A DNA stretch of 64,000 bases, taken from positions 126,108,001-126,172,000 of the forward strand of contig OX597816.1 of the NCBI GenBank assembly GCA_951406725.2, read 5' to 3'. A program made the translations under genes and the position numbers. Every line of letters starts with the position of its first letter. Position 1 is the first letter of the stretch. Shown here piece after piece: positions 63,530-64,000 of the stretch. Origin of the DNA: Octopus vulgaris (taxonomy: Eukaryota). The notes beneath the pieces were generated by a model, which saw only the letters and a program-made list of their open reading frames with translations, was not told where the DNA came from and searched no databases.

Positions 63530-64000
<471 letters not shown>

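Overview
AT-rich eukaryotic DNA dominated by (TA)n-type microsatellites and transposable elements. The repeat repertoire resembles what I know of Octopus/coleoid cephalopod genomes (inference, not checked). Nearly all long ORFs in the supplied track (poly-Y/I/H/T/M/C) are microsatellite artefacts. Recognisable content: at least 8 copies or fragments of CR1/L2-like (Jockey-group) LINEs from three related families, RTE LINE 3' ends, several tRNA-derived SINE families, non-autonomous Helitrons (two composite copies that carry a piggyBac-type MITE), an IR/DR Tc1 element (DD34E), a decayed mariner and Penelope-like remnants (GIY-YIG plus hammerhead-bearing repeats). A repeat-poor, CpG-retaining island at ~38.9-42.5 kb holds a probable first coding exon of a secreted or membrane protein (41393-41668). 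The best candidate for an unusual system is at 18461-19092. It is a 360/361-nt tandem unit carrying a minimal hammerhead ribozyme with a compensatory U3:A8 core. The array stops within 2 nt of the predicted cleavage site and is capped by a short inverted segment, which fits a retrozyme or Penelope-type self-cleaving RNA.
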